Shown here one piece after another: positions 63,886-64,000 of a DNA stretch of 64,000 nt. Source of the stretch: Takakia lepidozioides. Taxonomy: Eukaryota > Plantae > Bryophyta. How positions within the stretch are numbered: position 1 is the first letter of the stretch; every line of letters starts with the position of its first letter. Both the position numbers and the translations under genes were made by a program. The stretch is from the NCBI GenBank assembly GCA_030704615.1, contig CM060732.1, positions 69,130,001 through 69,194,000 of the forward strand, written 5' to 3'. The notes beneath the pieces were generated by a model, which saw only the letters and a program-made list of their open reading frames with translations, was not told the DNA's origin and did not search any database.

Positions 63886-64000
63886 ATGGAGGAGGTGAAT
63901 CCTTCGCTGAGTAAGAAGGCAGCGCAGAAGGCAGCCAAGAAGGCGGAGCGGGTGACCAGGCAGCTGGCGGGAGCGGCGATCAATGTGAAAGAGGATGACC
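63886..64000 (+). CDS. 5' end of a gene running off the window, probably cytosolic aspartyl-tRNA synthetase
   Basis: MEEVNPSLSKKAAQKAAKKAER.. resembles the SKKAAKK N-terminal helix of class IIb aaRS. A telo-box tagggttt (~63804) and a (GA)n leader lie upstream. Confidence 0.45.
   Translation, partial: MEEVNPSLSKKAAQKAAKKAERVTRQLAGAAINVKEDD

Overview
Plant nuclear DNA, probably from a moss or other bryophyte. This is inferred from the moss-like SUMO sequence, a Tcn1/Tf1-type chromovirus and a large set of PLS-class PPR genes. From left to right: (1) 1-8 kb is a repeat/TE zone with a hairpin satellite, a T-rich ~230-bp repeat, a processed GLY1/GPDH pseudogene fragment and LINE debris. (2) 8746-22888 (-) is a complete 19-exon EDM2-like gene (RFD-like N-terminus, PHD fingers, NPPF methyltransferase-like domain). 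It has an apparent duplicate, mutually exclusive PHD1 exon and repeat arrays in two introns. (3) 23-31 kb holds nested hAT elements/MITEs and tRNA-derived SINEs. (4) There are two B3-domain genes, the first ending in a chromodomain-like module. (5) 38.5-61.6 kb is a cluster of mostly decayed PLS-PPR-E(-DYW) genes. It is interleaved with an intronless mitochondrial ferredoxin, a SUMO pseudogene and a Ty3/gypsy chromovirus with a self-priming-type PBS. (6) A probable aminoacyl-tRNA synthetase gene starts at the right edge. The main finding is that the PPR genes carry N-terminal OSB-type PDF motifs (LWxxFFxxPxxWWDNR..K/PDFKHK..LW...PxWV). This motif is known as the ssDNA-binding module of organellar OSB proteins, and here it is fused to RNA-editing-type PLS-PPR arrays. 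All calls were made by eye without database searches.
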